From the NCBI GenBank assembly GCA_965644295.1, contig CBFFRP010000115.1, forward strand, positions 62,001 through 126,000: a stretch of DNA of 64,000 nucleotides, in the 5' to 3' direction. Below, in pieces: positions 24,025 to 38,163 of the stretch. Below the pieces are notes generated by a model that had not been told where the DNA came from, did not search any database, and worked only from the letters and a program-made list of their open reading frames with translations. Numbering within the stretch: position 1 is the stretch's first letter; each line of letters opens with the position of its first letter. This stretch comes from Paraphysomonas bandaiensis (Eukaryota; Protista; Chrysophyceae). The position numbers and the translations under genes are program-made.

Positions 24025-27000
24025 ATGAACAGAAGCTATCAACAATCTTTCCTCCATCGAAGTGTGTTGAAATCGCAGGCCACATCAAGCAATTCAATCA
24101 CTGAACTGGAAGATTTGAGGCAATCACATAATGTAGCGGACTCTACGGCAACGAATGTTTTATACAGTGCACGGAAAGTGCGCAGGGAGGCCGATATACC
24201 GCTGCAAGAGACCAAACGGGACAAAATTACCAACATTACCGCACAGCGGAGCTCCATATCCAAGCCACCACTATCTGAATCAGGTACAAACACCACTGTG
24301 AAGAAGAAAGCTAAAAGTACTGGCAATATTCTGCAATATAGAATAGTAGATGACGATGAATGGCGCAGAATAAGCACTTATAAACCTCAGAAGTCACGTC
24401 AAAGAGGACCCCGAAAAACCCTTAGCCAAACATTAAGTAAAACTGCCACAATACTGGATGGTGGAAAGCTTAGTTTAGTGAGCAGTTATATTACCGAATT
24501 GGATCGCATTCCACCCCAAATTGCTAGTCGAGTTCGAACTTTATATTTAAGTCACAACAGTCTCGAATCCCTTGCTGGTGCGGAACAGTTCATCAATCTG
24601 ACTTCTGTTTCTGTAGCCAACAATTCGATTCGATTTCTAGATGAATTGTCGCCGTTAGCAACACTCTGTCACCTCGAGAAGCTGTCGTTAGAAGGAAACC
24701 CAGTAACGCACATGCCGTACTATCGTCAGTTGGTGATTGGCCTCTGTGGATCAAGTCTAAATACACTTGATGGCGTGAGGGTGACCGCTGAGGAAGCCAG
24801 CGAGCGCAGAGTTCACTATAATAGAGCCATTGTGCAGATAGAGCAGATGAGATGTAGTGGGTTGCGTATGGCAGTATTGGAACACATGTATGGACTGATT
24901 CGATGCCATGCTGAAATAGTTCGGACAGTAGTTGGTCGGTTCAGGTACCCTTTCTCGCCTTACCTGCGTAAGCATAGTTGCATATTTTAGTATACTTTTC
25001 TACTTTTTTACAGAGTACTTACACAGTATTATTATCGTGCTAGTTCTGTGTACTGTTTTTCTACGTCCTGATCTGTTAGGAGCTAATATATTTGTACCTA
25101 GGAGCATGCTGGGAATGCATATGGATGCCAACAGCGGATCTTGTGAGGCTGGCCGGGGCGCATCATATGTGAGTAGCGTACTTCGGTTTGCTCTTGCTGG
25201 AGGTGTGTTCAGATGGCTTCAGATAAGTGCGGGGCGCGACTTTGAGAGACGGGCCCAGGTGCGTCATCCTATGTACCATAATTGAGATAGATACACCATG
25301 GATGGCAGTACCATGTAGTTATATATATGCACCTTGTGCTGACTCATAGAGTAGGATCTTGCATATCGGATGTATATATCCGTTACAAGGAAAATGACGG
25401 ACACTCAAAGAAATAAACTAAAAACAGAACCATCTCAGCAGGCCCATTTGTGGGATCGACTGACATCTGATTGTCTGCAGAGGCAGCAGCAGGCGTGCAT
25501 GACCCTCGTACATCTCTGTGAGACATCCCACGAAACACTGTCGTTGTCATCAAGTGGCGGATCGGCCCTTAGAAGAAGTAAAGAATTTGAATCTGCTACA
25601 GGATTGTTACGTCTGAGTGTTGAAAAGGAGAACATATTATACCCGCAAGATGGGCACGGAAGTGCTGATGTTGTGCATGCTTTACAACAGCTTCAATTTG
25701 AGGGCTCACCACCTGTTGTTCGCCATTCCGATGGCGAGAGTAGTCGTCACGCCTGGGAGGTACAGGTCACGTACTGTGGTACTGGACCGCATTACCGGCT
25801 ACCCATGGCAGATGTCCTGTCATCGCAAGATGTCCACGCCCGCAAGGAGCACGTTAAGGAGATGCAGCTTAGGGAAGTGGAAGCCCAGCGGAGGGAACTG
25901 CAGCTGCGAGAGGAAAGGACTATTATGGCCATGGCGGCCGAGAGAGATGTTGATCGGGTAGGAGGAGGATATGTGTATGGAATTGGCATTGATGAAAGTG
26001 ATGACAACAATGCTCAAGAAGAAGTGAAGCAGCAGTACATGCGCTTGCTTAAACAAGGACTTAGTAAACAGGCTCATGGAGGAAGAGGTAGAGGACGAGG
26101 AAGAGTTAATGCACACCAGAACACTGAAAAAATGAGAAATGTTGATCGAAACAAAGCTGTATCTCCAGAACGAAGACTGTCGCCAGAGCGAGCTCTAAGA
26201 AACACGATTACAAATCCTTTTGATAATAGTAAGCAGAAGAAAGTTTCACCTGATCGCTCGCCAAAATCCCCAGAATCAAGGCATTTTGATAATCACAACG
26301 ACGTCCTTGAGACGGAAGAATTGCGCCCTATAAACACTTCTGATAGAAAGCCATCCCATCACACAGAAGCAGCGTCGCCGGCCACTGATGCCCCAATAGC
26401 TCCGATGAGCAGAGAAGATATTATTCTGTCGATGCTCTACTCTCCTGAGGTTGAGTCTTTCATGAGCAGTCCTACTGAAAAAAATGGTTTTAACCCCCCT
26501 TCATCAGAATGGGCCGAGTCACTGTTCACAGATGATGCACTGGGCCTCTCATCTGAAGTCCTATTTGCAGCCAATGAGAACTCTCCGTCTGGTCCACCAT
26601 CGCAGATTATTGGCGTGCCCCCAGTCCCATGGTCTCGTCCGAATACTTCTACTCAGTCTGCTCCATCAATGCGATCTCTGAACCGGCTATTTGAGAGTGG
26701 TATGTCCGATGCTGAGAAGATACACAGAGATACAAGAACAATATGGAGTTGTCGAGTAAACTTGCTTAAGAACATTGACAGAGCAGTGGAGAGCATGCGA
26801 CTGAGCTCATCGCGAGGCGTAAGTGAGCTTCAGACTCTCTTAAGCGATGTCGACAAGCAAAGAACGAAAAACATGCAAGTTCAGCGCGAGTGGATAGGTC
26901 CTGTTGACGAGCTATTGGGCGCCATAGAGGTGACTGTATATGAATAACTATAACAAATTAACGAAGTACTATTTTTTAGGAGCGTAGAAGTGAAATATGT

Positions 27001-30000
27001 AGGCTCAAAGAAAGAGTACAAGTTGTAGAAGCTTCGATAGAGGAAATCAATGAAGATATTGTTTTGTCGGAGAAGAGAAAAGAAGATCTCATGTGTGGGG
27101 CAGCAGAAGGTATTTTTTAATATGTTATTTGCCTCCATACTTGTTTACTGGATATTCAGTTACAGATGCTGTGATGGGAATGAGGGATGAAATGGAGACT
27201 AGTGCATCTGTACGCGAAGCGATTCGATTTCATCATATCAGTACATTGGCTTCTGATTTTTTGCACTCGACAGAAACATTACGCTCCTTTCGACGCGAAG
27301 CTCTCCGCACCCTTCGAAGAAGAGTCCTTCGACAAAAAAAGATTCGCCGGTTTTATGAGGCTGCGTGTGCGCGCAGAAGGCGCGAGGTGCTACGTGTATG
27401 TATGAACCGGATCGAGAGTGCGGCGCAGTATGAAGGCAGGTGTCGTAAAGCAGGGAAGTGGATTAGAATCAATCGGACAGGACGGATGCTTCATTTATGG
27501 GCCGAACAGTACATGCACTCCAGAACTGTAAGAAAGTACTTGCTGCAGAGGGACAGATGTAATCTCCGTACTGCAGTACGGTTTTGGTGGAATCTAGTTC
27601 GCAAGAAGGGAAAACTCAACAATTTATTGCGAGCACAGAATAGGCGCATTCTTTGGTTTCGCATGAAATGGATATTGTTTTACTGGCGTCAGTTGGCATC
27701 ACGTTCACCCCGTTTACTTACACAGCATGGAGAGGTTACCGATCCGTATCAGCTAGACTATATAGCTAGGAAACACTTCAAGCATACACTGTTAATTGCT
27801 TGGATTCGACTCACAGCGACATCAAAACGAGACTTGAAGGACCGATTAACAGTTCTTAATCACTTGCATTGCGCGCGCTTAGTGGACAGTGGTTTCAGTC
27901 TCTGGCGAATGCTTTTTCTGAGTTATCGTCGATACCGAATAAGCTCTTACAGAAGAGGACTAGGAAAGTTGTGTCGGGTGGCCAAAATCAAAAGAGTGTG
28001 TCGGTGGGCAATACGAAGGGCAGTGGACTTTTATTCTTTTAAAAGAGTAATATATGCCATGAGGATGCTGATGCATCACAGTCAATGCAACATCAAACTC
28101 CGCCGTAGATTCGAGTCGGTTTATAAGCTTAGATTACAAAACCTAATAGCTCGAAGTCTACAGTCCTGGGAGACCTTGGCGCGGGAGAGAGGACACGAGA
28201 AGGAAAACAACACGAAGGCGATGGTTTTGTATATATACCATATGATGAGGGGGACCTGGCGTGCCTGGTTGGCATGGTGTGCAGATAGCCGAGAGGTGAA
28301 GCGCGTTCGTCGTGCGCTTGCCGCTCAGGAAGTGGAAAACGAGAGACTTCGAGAACTCCATTATTCACACTGTCCTCGAGCGACAAGAAAGATTGTACAC
28401 TCCACTGCATCCATCCGGCCCTCATTTGCGGATACTGATATTGATAGGTCTGACGTTAGCCTGAACCCCCGCCAAGGTGTTGACCTGTTGTCTGATGATG
28501 AGGGCAGTTATTCTGACGAATACAGTGACTCAATATGCACTTCAGAGGAGGCCGCTCCATTGTGGACAAGATGCACCCGTCACCGGTATTCTAAAGAGAG
28601 TCGTATGTCATCTCGACGCCGTGGCATTCATACGTTTAATCCATTGCCTCATCTCAGAATACGATATATTAAGATTCGTTATTGTTTAATGAGGTGAGTA
28701 TTGTAGCGTGTTATGAGTACGTGTTCAGTGATTCTCGTAGGTGGTTTATTGTAGCAAGGCGTCAGAAAAGGTTGGATATAGCGCATAAATTGACCCAGCG
28801 CCGAAACTGCCGTTTTCTACTAAGGAGTTACATGAATATAATGGTGCAGTGTTTAGCAAAGAGATGTCTCGTTCGCTTGAAAGATGCTTTGTCGTTGCAA
28901 GACGGAAAGCTAGACTTTGAAGAGAGGTGTGTAGTGGAAATATTACCCCAGTACTGTGTAGCGTTCCATTGGTTATTATACGTAATTGATGAATTGCAGA
29001 GCGGAAAATGTAAAGCAGGAGGTAATCAAGATACGGTCAGAGTTAAATAGTGCTCGGGAGGCATTAGACTCTGAACGCGCCGCTCTTGCAGAGAAGCAGT
29101 CTCAGGCTGAGGTTTTGGAGAGCTCGCTGAGTGTAAATAGTGAGAGACTCGCTATGGCACGCACTGAGATCGATAATATGGTATTGAAAGAGAAAGAAAC
29201 ACGTGATATGATCAACGCCATCCTCATTACCTGCAGTGGTACTAGTGCGACTGAAAGAGGGGAAAATGCTTTAATCAGCGATACGTACCGTCGTGTTTTG
29301 GGTATGTCCAGAGGGAGAATACGTGAGGAAGAAACCGAAAAATCGCAGCCCTTGTCACGAGAAGTAGAAGGTAAAGGGATGGAGCGTCCTCTGGCTGCGG
29401 AAATTGACGCCTATGTAGAAAGTAAGATTGCGCTGATGGCTGATGTAGAGAAGGAGTATCGCGCTGCTATCACAGCGTCAAAAGAGAAGCACATGGAGAA
29501 AAAGAAACTTCAAGACTCTGTTAATCAAGCTTTTTCATTGGCTCGCCATTGTAAAGAGGTTCTTCTTCGGCTTGCGAAGGAAGCTGAGGAGCTCAATGAG
29601 CAGAAGAACGCAGCAGAGAATACGCTAAGAGACTGTGAGAAGGCGCTTGATTCTGCTGTTGATCGGATCAGGAACAAGGTATGCAAATTTTACCTCTGTG
29701 ACATGATATTTGGTGTTGCTGACTATGTATGTTGTATTATATGGGTATATAATATCGGAAACATAGGCCGAACTGGAGGAAATGGAGCTCACTGACTTAG
29801 CGGAGGAAAAGAAGGAACTTTTGAGTCGCACTGCAGCGGCTGAGCAGGAAGAAAACATGCTGCGATCTGTTTTGGAAGATTTGCGGCGTAGTGAAGCCCT
29901 TGAAGACCGACACACCATGGTGCGTGTGGTTTAAACTTATAACTGTTGTACAGTATACATGACACAAATAGAATATAGTGAAGCTGTAATTGTTTGTGCA

Positions 30001-30574
30001 GCTGTTGTGAACTTGTACCGGTATATAAACGCTAAATGCATTGTCATTGCAGGAGACAATTCCAGCGGTTGAGTTATCTACTCATGATGTGGAAGCTATT
30101 AAGTCACGGGCTACTGCACAGGCTGCCACTATACAAGCCAATAAATCATTGCATACAGCCCAGTTGCGGTCAAGTGCTGCTTTAATCGATGTAGTAGATG
30201 GCCACAATGCGCGGTCAGATATCTCTCTGCTAAGACCAGATCTCCCTCCTTCACCTCCTCTTCCGGATTTCTCGACCTCATCATCGGAAGATACTCGTGG
30301 AGTAACGCGGCGGTCTTTAGACACTCAACATAGTTTAATGAATCTTTCTGATAACAGGGCGCTGTATCGTGTACATACGGCTTCAGTCCCCGTGTGTGAG
30401 CGTACTGCACTTAAGCAGTCCGTGTCCTCTACGGTGGGGTGTGATTCAGAAACCAGAGAAAGTCATAGCAATGATAGTGATTCCATATCAAGTAGAAATG
30501 ATGGCTTACATCAACAGATAGAGTCCTTATCGTCAAGAATACGGAGTAGACTACTTACACCCCCTGCAATATAG
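24025..30574 (+). CDS. Large multi-exon protein: SDS22-like LRRs, Trp-containing Sfi1-like repeats, C-terminal coiled coil (probable centriole/basal-body protein)
   Basis: ORFs 24025-24990 (LYLSHNSL, VSVANNSI, LSLEGNPV..PYYRQLVI LRRcap), 25370-26947, 27093-28697 (basic repeats such as ARKHFKHTLLIAWIR, AMVLYIYHMMRGTWRAW), 28986-29795 and 30041-30574, linked by short GT-AG introns. Confidence 0.75.
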
Positions 30575-30951
30575 CATCTTTATATAGCACCTGTGTCGTT
30601 GTATATTACTAAGCCAAATTTGTAGGCATTGTGAATGAAGTAATAACGATGTTGTTTTCGAATATTTGGCTCTTAACCTACTGTCGTAAAATGCACTAGC
30701 TTTGCATTATTGGTGATGATGATAGTGTTATATCAGGATACTGCAGGTAATGGCAAATGCGAAAGGGGGGTTTACTAGCAATTGCACAGAAGTTTGGTTA
30801 TACAGAATGGTGATCACATCCTGTTATTTCAAAGTGCATGTAAATAACTACTGTCGCTACAATACAGTCTGTATTGTTGATGCACTTAAGAACTATATAT
30901 ATATTGTTGTAAATAATGTACTACATATCAATGAAAAAATGAAACTTATAC

Positions 30952-31977
30952 TTGAACGCTACGAAAGCTGCTTGTGCGTCACCACAAGCACCAAGGTTCA
31001 ACCACTTTCGCTCTATCACTCAAATCAAACTCAGTGAGCGACCAGAATGTTGATATACCTGATATCTGCTAATTTCAGGATATTAGAGTCCTAAAGGTTC
31101 AACTAGCCACTATTTTGGTGCAGGTTTTTAACGTCTATTGCTAAATGATAAGACTTTTAATATGAGTCCTGAAGGTGAGTCCATTCCAGAATACCTGACT
31201 TCAGTAATCCCTCAACAAAGGCGGACTCGCACCTTTTCGTGGTGTTCTGGGGGATAAGTACCGGAGATATTCTCTCTTTGAAACTAACGTGAGCCGCAAA
31301 CATAGTCAAGAGATATTTTTCTGCCCACTCATAGCCGAATGCTTGTGTGATGCAAGGGACACCAATAAGTGTCACTTGTGTAGACGTCTTTGGGCCCTGA
31401 CGAATAAACAGGCATCCGGGAATGGGACCACCTCAAGGGTAACCGGGGTATTGGGCTGCTTGTTGAAGTCAAGCATCCGGGATGTTCACTTTAAGAACTC
31501 AGAGCGGAAGTGGTCGCACCTTGGTGCTTGCGGCGATGCACAAGCAGCTTCCGTAGCGTTAAATAGTAGGATAAAAAAGTGTGTACTGATTAGTTACAAG
31601 TAAAGGTCTAACTAGTTTGTCTAGCATTCATCTAGCTACTAAGTTGGTGCAGGTTTTTAACGCCTATTGCTAATAGTAAGACTTTCAATATACTATTATG
31701 ACTTCAGTCCAATACCCCCGGGGCTGCCTACTACTGAAGTCAAGCATGCGGGAATGGACCCACCTTTAGGACTCTAATATCCTGAAATTAGCAGATATCA
31801 GGTATACCAACATTCTGGTCGCTCACTGAGTGTGATTTGAGTGATAGAGCGAAAGTGGTTGAACCTTGGTGCTTGCGGTGACGCACAAGCAACTATCGTA
31901 GCGTTCAATGGTTGGAAATCAGAGTTAAGCATCGACTCTAAAACCTTAAACGCCTATAGATGATAATAAGACATTCT
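30952..31977. repeat. Fold-back cluster of the dispersed repeat family
   Basis: 147-bp inverted repeat 30952-31098 / 31762-31908 (5 mismatches by my count) enclosing a forward copy (31208-31572) and further inverted fragments. Confidence 0.9.
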
Positions 31978-32531
31978 CTCTATGTATTAAGGCCAGGTAT
32001 GGGGCAGGAAGGATTGGTGATTACTGACCGTATTCAAGTGATATGCATGTGCATTCAGTAGGATACAGGTGGGGCCTAAATGAGTTTTACATAGATATCT
32101 CTCTAGTAGAAAACTAGCTATTAGTGGCTGGGAATTGATTTTTGGAATTACATATGGGTTAATACGTTGAAAAAATACTAAGACCATTAAGTTGTTGAAA
32201 TCTTAAAGGTTATGAAAGGATTTATATGTACTCCTTAATTAACATTGCTTTCCTGTACGCATGAACAAGTCAGATAACCCGTTCTTTTCTGAAAAATAAT
32301 CAATAATCACGATCTACAATAACAACATGAGGAATATTGAGTAAAATAGCACAAAAAAGAGTAAGTACGATATGCCTAACACACAATTAAGTATGTAAAT
32401 TACTTTAATAACGATTAAAAGCATACCCACTTACTACTAGGCGTTGTCAACGCAACCCGTGACATGTGTCTATCAATTGCATACCACACTTATCATGATA
32501 TCGCTATATACATATATTCCTGTCACACAGC

Positions 32532-33034
32532 TCAAGCTTCACTCTCAGCAACCCTACGATGACACATACGAAGTTAATCACGTATTAATCATACATAGTT
32601 TATAAAAATGCGTACAGCAATATCATATCACACTTACATCATATTCGGGATTCCTTCAGAGATTGGAAATTTTCTACCAGTATCTGGGCAGATGAGAAAT
32701 CCCTCTAGAATGTGAATATCAAGTAACAGACGATGCATAGCCTCAAGAAACTCTTGATCTTGCAGTATATCGCTACCCACTTCATTCGGAAGGCCCTGGA
32801 AACCAACAGCTGATGCAGCCACTAGCACAGACTGCCAGTGCAAAGAAGGAATAATATGTCTCATAAACTCTACGTTACATTCCGATTCTACAACCTAATG
32901 AAAGAACTTCAACTGAACCAACGAAAAGACGCGCATAGTTATACCTCCATCTCAGATATTTCGAGTTGCAACGGATATCCGGCTGAGACTTCTTTTAAAG
33001 GCGATTTCAGAGAGTTGTGAGTAAGAAGCCGCAT
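32532..33034 (-). CDS. TRM112: Multifunctional methyltransferase activator Trm112, 3 exons
   Basis: MRLLTHNSL..GYPLQLEI (exon 1 from 33034); HRLLLDIHILEGFLICPDTGRKFPISEGIPNM (exon 2, ends 32638); short last exon 32553-32532 (M)VAESEA*. Confidence 0.93.
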
Positions 33035-33864
33035 CTGTCTCTTGTACGTCACGTCTAGATATGTCTTCTGGTTAACCAATATTCCAATTCTGATCAATAA
33101 TCGTCTCGTATGGTCTTCTGTTACAACATGTCTGTGCTGTCTGTCATAGCAGTGATATTTCATTGATGTTATCCATGATGAGCCATGCATTTCAGTGGTT
33201 TGATTGGTGGATGTGAGTCTACCAATCATTATCGTATATTATACTATGGTTATATATTATTCGCTGTATCTTTCTACCATCTGTAGTCAGTATGAATTTA
33301 TTTTTTTTTGGTCCTCAACGGCACTGTAGATATATACAGAGTATACCGGATACCGCCGTATACATATAAAAATACACTGCAGAATTCTAGGAGTGTACAA
33401 TGGAATGGAGGATGTCTCTGTATGCAAGTACACCATACATAGGAATTCTGATTGAACCCTACATATGTACTCTGCTGTATACTGCATATCCTCTAGACGT
33501 ACTGTACATATACATACATGTATGCTGCTGCACGGATCCACTGCAGAATGCAACGGAGCCGAGTGTCGCAAGATAAACGCACTCCACTATATGAACCAGC
33601 TCAGTTGTATATTTACCAGATATAATCACACTCTCCACTTATCGGCGTCCTTGGCAATGAACTGACCCACCCATTGGTTCGGAATAAATCCAACTACATC
33701 AGGAACACTTGTGTGTCGTGATTCATATCGACCTCAACTATAAACTAGATATATATATATATACTACACGCATAGAGCCTCAGCTAAATCAACCATACAC
33801 GATTATACACTTTATATTCGAAGTTATTTATAGTACAGTTTTTGTAACGTATTTTGATATCTGA

Positions 33865-36789
33865 ATGGCGAGGTATAAGCTATTGGCCCTTGCCTTGGCG
33901 CATATTGTCCTGTTCGCGACAGCGACTACTGCGCCTACAAGTGTTCCCTCCGGTCAGCCTTCTGGACAACCTACCGGTCAACCAACAGGTCAGCCAACTG
34001 GTCAACCAACAAGCGTTCCCACATCTCCTACTGGACAGCCCACTGGTCAGCCTACTGGTCAACCAACAGGGCAGCCTACTGGCCAACCAACGGGTCAGCC
34101 AACAGGGCAACCAACGGGACAACCAACAGGTCAGCCCACTGGTCAACCAACAAGTGTACCCACATCTCCTACTGGTCAGCCTACTGGAGAGCCGACAGGA
34201 CAGCCAACAGGGCAGCCTACTGGCCAACCAACGGGTCAGCCAACAGGGCAACCAACGGGACAACCAACAGGTCAGCCCACTGGTCAACCAACAAGTGTAC
34301 CCACATCTCCTACTGGTCAGCCCACTGGAGAGCCGACAGGACAGCCAACAGGGCAGCCTACTGGCCAACCAACGGGTCAGCCAACAGGGCAACCAACGGG
34401 TCAACCAACTGGACAACCCACTGGCCAACCAACAAGTGTACCCACATCTCCTACTGGTCAGCCCACTGGACAGCCTACAGGACAGCCAACAGGACAACCT
34501 ACTGGCCAACCAACGGGTCAACCAACAGGGCAACCAACGGGTCAACCAACAGGTCAGCCAACTGGCCAACCAACAAGTGTACCCACATCTCCTACTGGTC
34601 AGCCCACTGGTCAGCCTACTGGTCAACCTACCGGACAGCCCACTGGTCAACCAACAAGTGTACCCACATCTCCTACTGGTCAGCCCACAGGCCAGCCCAC
34701 TGGACAACCCACTGGTGAACCAACAGGACAGCCGACAGGGGAACCAACTGGTCAGCCTACCGGTCAACCATCAGGTCAGCCCACTGGGCAGCCCACTGGT
34801 GAACCAACAGGTGAACCAACAGGACATCCGACTGGGCAACCTTCAGGACAACCTACTGGTCAGCCCACTGGAGAACCAACAGGACAGCCGACTGGTCAAC
34901 CAACAGGTGAACCAACAGGACAGCCGACCGGTGAACCAACTGGTCAACCTACCGGGCAACCAACGGGTCAACCAACAGGACAACCAACAGGGCAGCCAAC
35001 TGGTGAACCAACAGGACAGCCGACTGGGGAACCAACAGGGCAACCAACAGGTCAGCCCACTGGAGAACCAACTGGTCAGCCTACCGGGCAACCAACGGGT
35101 GAACCAACAGGACAGCCGACTGGGGAACCAACAGGGCAGCCGACTTGTGTTCCTACTGGTCAGCCGTCTGGTCAGCCTACTGGTCAGCCAACTGGTGAAC
35201 CAACAGGACAGCCTACTGGAGAGCCATCTGGCCAACCAACATGCATACCAACTGGTCAACCATCAGGTCAGCCCACAGGTCAGCCAACTGGCCAACCAAC
35301 TGGGCAGCCTACAGGTGAGCCAACTGGGCAGCCCACTGGTCAGCCAACTGGCCAGCCTACTAGTCAACCAACTGGGCAGCCTTCAGGGCAGCCGACGTGT
35401 ATACCAACTGGTCAGCCCACTGGACAGCCAACTGGACAGCCAACTGGTCAGCCGACTGGACAACCTACTGGTCAGCCGACTGGACAGCCTACGTCAATAC
35501 CTTCATCAGCACCATCCTATCATCCTGAGGATTACCATCACACTGTGTGGTCTCACCGCAGGAGGTAAGAAACTGCTGTTGCAAGCTGTGAAAGTTGTAA
35601 TACATAATGACTGTTCTTAATAATGTATGGTACAAAGCACTTTTTTAATTACACAATATGTACATGTCGTAGATGGAGGCGGTCCGGTATGTGTGAAAAC
35701 ATGTGTAGTGGGCATGGAGATTGCAGCGCTCAGAGCGACAGGTGATTAGACCAAATCATATTTGAATGTATCGCTCCTATATGAGATGTGCATGTACAGA
35801 ATTTATTGACCTGTCACATCTGGAACATCGTTATGTATAACGTGACCAGATGGATTCTTTTTAATGTCTATACAGGTGTAGATGTCACCTGGGATTGGAC
35901 GGTGAAGAAGAATGGACTGGGGCTGATTGCTCTCTGCGTATGTGCCCGAAGTATGTAGACACTCAATAGGACGTTTCAATTTCGATCTATTATAACGCAC
36001 ATGCTTAATATAGGAATTTTGCGTGGGTATCTGAGAAGGTTGTTGGGGCAAACGACGCACGACCGTGGGTAGAGTGCTCGAATAAAGGGGTGTGCGACAG
36101 GAACACTGGGTATATATTTGTACTGTTTGCTGTCTTGCGTATGACATCATCTGCCGAATCGTTGTTGAGAAATTTCTTAACATGTTGTGATTTTCTGCAG
36201 CGAATGTCATTGTTTTGAGGGATATGGTGGCCTGTCTTGTCAACGTAGTCAATGCCCAAATGTAAGTAGACGCCCTATGTTTGTAATACCTGCTTCATGC
36301 TTTTTCGTGACACATATGCTGTCACCAACTGAGTATTTATATCTGTATTACGAGTAACAGTGAATGTCTACCCTAAACTTTGCTCTGTAGGACTGTAATG
36401 ACAGAGGGGAATGTCTTCCTGAGAAATATTTGGCGTCCAGAGCTGGTAGGGTATATGATACCCCGTGGGATGCACTGAAGAATTGGGGGTGTTTATGTGA
36501 CTATGGATGGAGAGGTCCTGATTGCAGTGAACAGGTGTGTTTGTGTCCACGTTATTTGTATGTGTGTGTTGAGTTTGAAAGAACTTGCATACAATGCATA
36601 TATGTATGTTTGGTTCATCACACTTCTATGTAGGAATGCCCATCTATGGCGGACCCTCTACAGGGCTATGGGAGTGAGCAAGGGAGGGATTGCTCAGGGC
36701 GAGGTATTTGTGACTACAAAAGAGGCATCTGTAAATGCTTCACTGGATTTTATGGGGAGGCTTGCCACAAGCAAACCATTCTTATATAA
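33865..36789 (+). CDS. Secreted PTGQ-repeat mucin-like protein with C-terminal mastigoneme-type (Sig/Ocm-like) EGF domains
   Basis: Signal peptide [20 protein letters not shown]; ~520 aa of PTGQ/PTGE in exon 1 (33865-35564). Short exons from 35673 encode [102 protein letters not shown]; stop at 36787-36789. Confidence 0.88.
33934..35495 (+). repeat. Coding tandem repeat (12-bp PTGQ unit with 141-bp higher-order unit)
   Basis: The SVPTSP spacer recurs at about 34011, 34152, 34293, 34434 and 34575 (141-nt period), then 34656. Confidence 0.95.
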
Positions 36790-37431
36790 TTTTTTTTGAA
36801 ACGCGTTTTGATATCACGTGAAGGCTTGCGCCCGCTCTTTGCCACTTTTTTCAAATGTGACAACGGTTTCGAATTATTTTATGAGTGCTGGTTTTCCAGT
36901 AGTAGAGGGAATAAATGTGATTGTATCTACAGTTTGAAGCTGGTCATTCATGATGTTGGTATACACCTTGCGATAGAGAGATGATTGAAAATAAATGATT
37001 TGTAGAAGTAAAATTAGCTAGGATATGGAAATGATGCATTCCGTACCCAGAGAAAGATAGACGATAAAACTTTGGTTATGATGATAGACTGAGTAAGAGT
37101 AGATCAGATTATAGATGCAATGATTGATAAAATAACCACAAATGTACTTTAATGACTATGTTTTATTTTTCTAACTACTATTATTTGCAGTTAAACTGTA
37201 TCTAGGTTCTATATCTGGGATTGCGAAAAAATATTGCAATTGTATTGTTTGTCTGAGTTGATTAATTGATTGATTAATTATTTAAGATTCATATTTTTAA
37301 TTTAATTTCGGATTATTAGTTTCAACATCAATACTTATGCTGAATTTATTTAGAAATAATTGGAACATATGCCGGTATTTGATTTTCAGCACTTCACATT
37401 CGTTGAGTTGACTTCATCATATATTTTTTCA

Positions 37432-37945
37432 CCCTCAATAACGTCGGACTTGCACATCTTCATGGTGCTCTCTCTGGGGATAAGAACCGGAGATATTTCT
37501 CCGGGGAAACGAACGTGAGCCGCATATATGTCAGCAGATATTGTTCTGCCCACTCATATATAGCCAAATTCTTGTGTGGTACAAGGACCACTATAATATA
37601 AGTGTCACTTTCGTAGACGTATTTGGGACTTCACGAATGAACAGGTATCCGAGACGGGGCCCACCTGAAGAGGTAACTGGGGTATTGGGCTGCCTACTAC
37701 TGAAGTCAAGCATCTGGGAATGGGCCCCCACCTTAAGGACCCGAATATTCTGAAGTTAGCAGTTGGCAGATATCAGGTATATATCAACATACTGCTTTCT
37801 CACTACGTTTGATTTGAGTGATAGAGCGAAAGTGGTTGAACCTTAGTGCTTGCGGTTACACACAAGCAGCTATCGTTGCGTTAAATATTAGGATAGCAGA
37901 TCTTAGCAGTGACTCTTAAACACGTATTGCTTATAGTAAGATATT
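37432..37945 (+). repeat. Dispersed ~500-bp repeat family, full-length diverged copy
   Basis: CCCTCAATAACGTCGGACTTGCAC ... GAGTGATAGAGCGAAAGTGGTTGAACC ... TAGTAAGATATT. Confidence 0.9.
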
Positions 37946-38163
37946 CACAACAACATTCTCTTCACTACTATATAATATTTGCAAAAAGTTTACATATTCC
38001 TCATTCACTTCGCAACCAGTATCCTACTATATCCTCAGTATTATTAAAATATTGAATATCTTATACATATGTTATTAGCGGTATAACTTAGATGTGTAAG
38101 GTGTAAGCAATAAGCATGGAGATATTAAATTGAAATATTCTAATAAATTGGAACTATTATATG

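Noticed and set aside
33854-35620. 588-aa alternative-frame ORF and antisense ORFs over the PTGQ repeat
   Set aside because: By-products of a stop-free tandem repeat; only the PTGQ frame has a signal peptide and splices to the EGF exons.
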